Assembly: GCF_964204865.1 (NCBI RefSeq)
Contig: NC_135254.1
Coordinates: forward strand, 10,230,001-10,294,000
DNA from: Styela clava
Taxonomy: Eukaryota
Direction of reading: 5' to 3'
DNA: 64,000 nucleotides
Part shown: positions 63,068-64,000 of the stretch, piece after piece
How positions within the stretch are numbered: position 1 is the first letter of the stretch
How the letters are laid out: each line of letters starts with the position of its first letter
The notes under the pieces: model-generated
What the model was told of the DNA's origin: nothing
The model's input: the letters and a program-made list of their open reading frames with translations, nothing else
Database searches by the model: none
Made by a program: the position numbers and the translations under genes

Positions 63068-64000
63068 TCTATAAGCAAAAATGCAATATCTAAAAAAAGA
63101 TAGTTTAATATGTTTATTTGGTAAATTAAGTGGATTTCAAACCAGTAAAAGTGGAAGAGACTGCAATGTTTACTCTTAGTCCCATTCAGCATATATGTTG
63201 AGTTGTAAATTTGGCCGGTAAATTGGATAGTGTACCAGTCCATATTTCTTGTACTAAATGCTGTTAAACGCATGTTTTGTTATTATATTTAATAAATTCC
63301 GATTTCTTTGGGTTGAATGTGTATATATCCAGTGAACCTTCTTGTAATTATGAATAGAATTGAAGTTATTTCAAGAACAGAAAATCATAGTAGATAAGTT
63401 TATACTGACCCTCGTAAAACTCTAGAATAGTATATAGTATATACCATATTTACAGGAAATAATCCTTTCCTGCCACCGTTGTTTTATTTACATATTCTAT
63501 TGTGGCTCATTTCAAAACCTAACCTCTTCTGTATTTCTCGATGATGCCATTAAAGCAACCTATGAAAATATTGCCATCATTTGTTCCAATCCTGTAAATT
63601 TATTAGGAGTAATGAATGAACTTATTAGTTCATCCAAATCTTTCTCAAATAAAGTTGATAAAACTGAAATTGAAGTTTTGAAAGTTTATTCATTTTTTGA
63701 CACTGTCTATCGCTAGAAGATTAGGAATTCAGATAAAATTAGCATAAATGTTAAGTACATCATTCGAAACTTAATACCATGACACATCATTTAAAGTAAA
63801 CCTAACATTTTAAACCCACTCAAACATGTTTGTTGTGAAATTTGGTTTTTGGCCGTCTTAAGCTAGCAAGGCTAACGGAGTTCAATAAAACATACAAGCA
63901 GAAGCTAATATTCCATTGTCAAATACAATTATGAGCAAACCCCTTACATTTATTTGAAACTTGACATTGGAATACTTTCAAAATTTTGAAATGGAAAACT

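Overview
AT-rich eukaryotic genomic DNA with GT-AG introns, most likely from an ascidian (tunicate); the taxon is inferred from gene features, not verified. The window holds a cluster of three complement factor B/C2-like (Bf) genes, which I assembled by hand into continuous reading frames. Gene A (+, 57-15094) lacks its 5' part and shows vWA + serine protease. Gene B (+, 21584-37178) has 21 coding exons and about 1082 aa: signal-LDLa-WAP-CCP-CCP-WAP-CCP-CCP-CCP-vWA-protease. Gene C (-, 63067-49541) has 21 coding exons and about 1107 aa: signal-LDLa-LDLa-WAP-CCP-WAP-CCP-CCP-CCP-vWA-protease. Between B and C lie an orphan pair of protease exons (catalytic-Ser exon and terminal exon, 42120-42727) and possible decayed CCP exons. 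All three proteases keep the His/Asp/Ser triad and Asp189, use AGY for the catalytic Ser and lack the Cys42-Cys58 histidine-loop disulfide. The most striking points are: WAP (four-disulfide-core-like) modules interleaved in the Ba region; a very cationic, internally duplicated WAP in gene C; and divergent activation sites (R-ILGG in C versus R-STGG and R-SIGS in A and B). Introns and spacers are full of non-autonomous transposons: hAT, Tc1/pogo, Mutator/foldback, Helentron-like elements and a tRNA-derived SINE.
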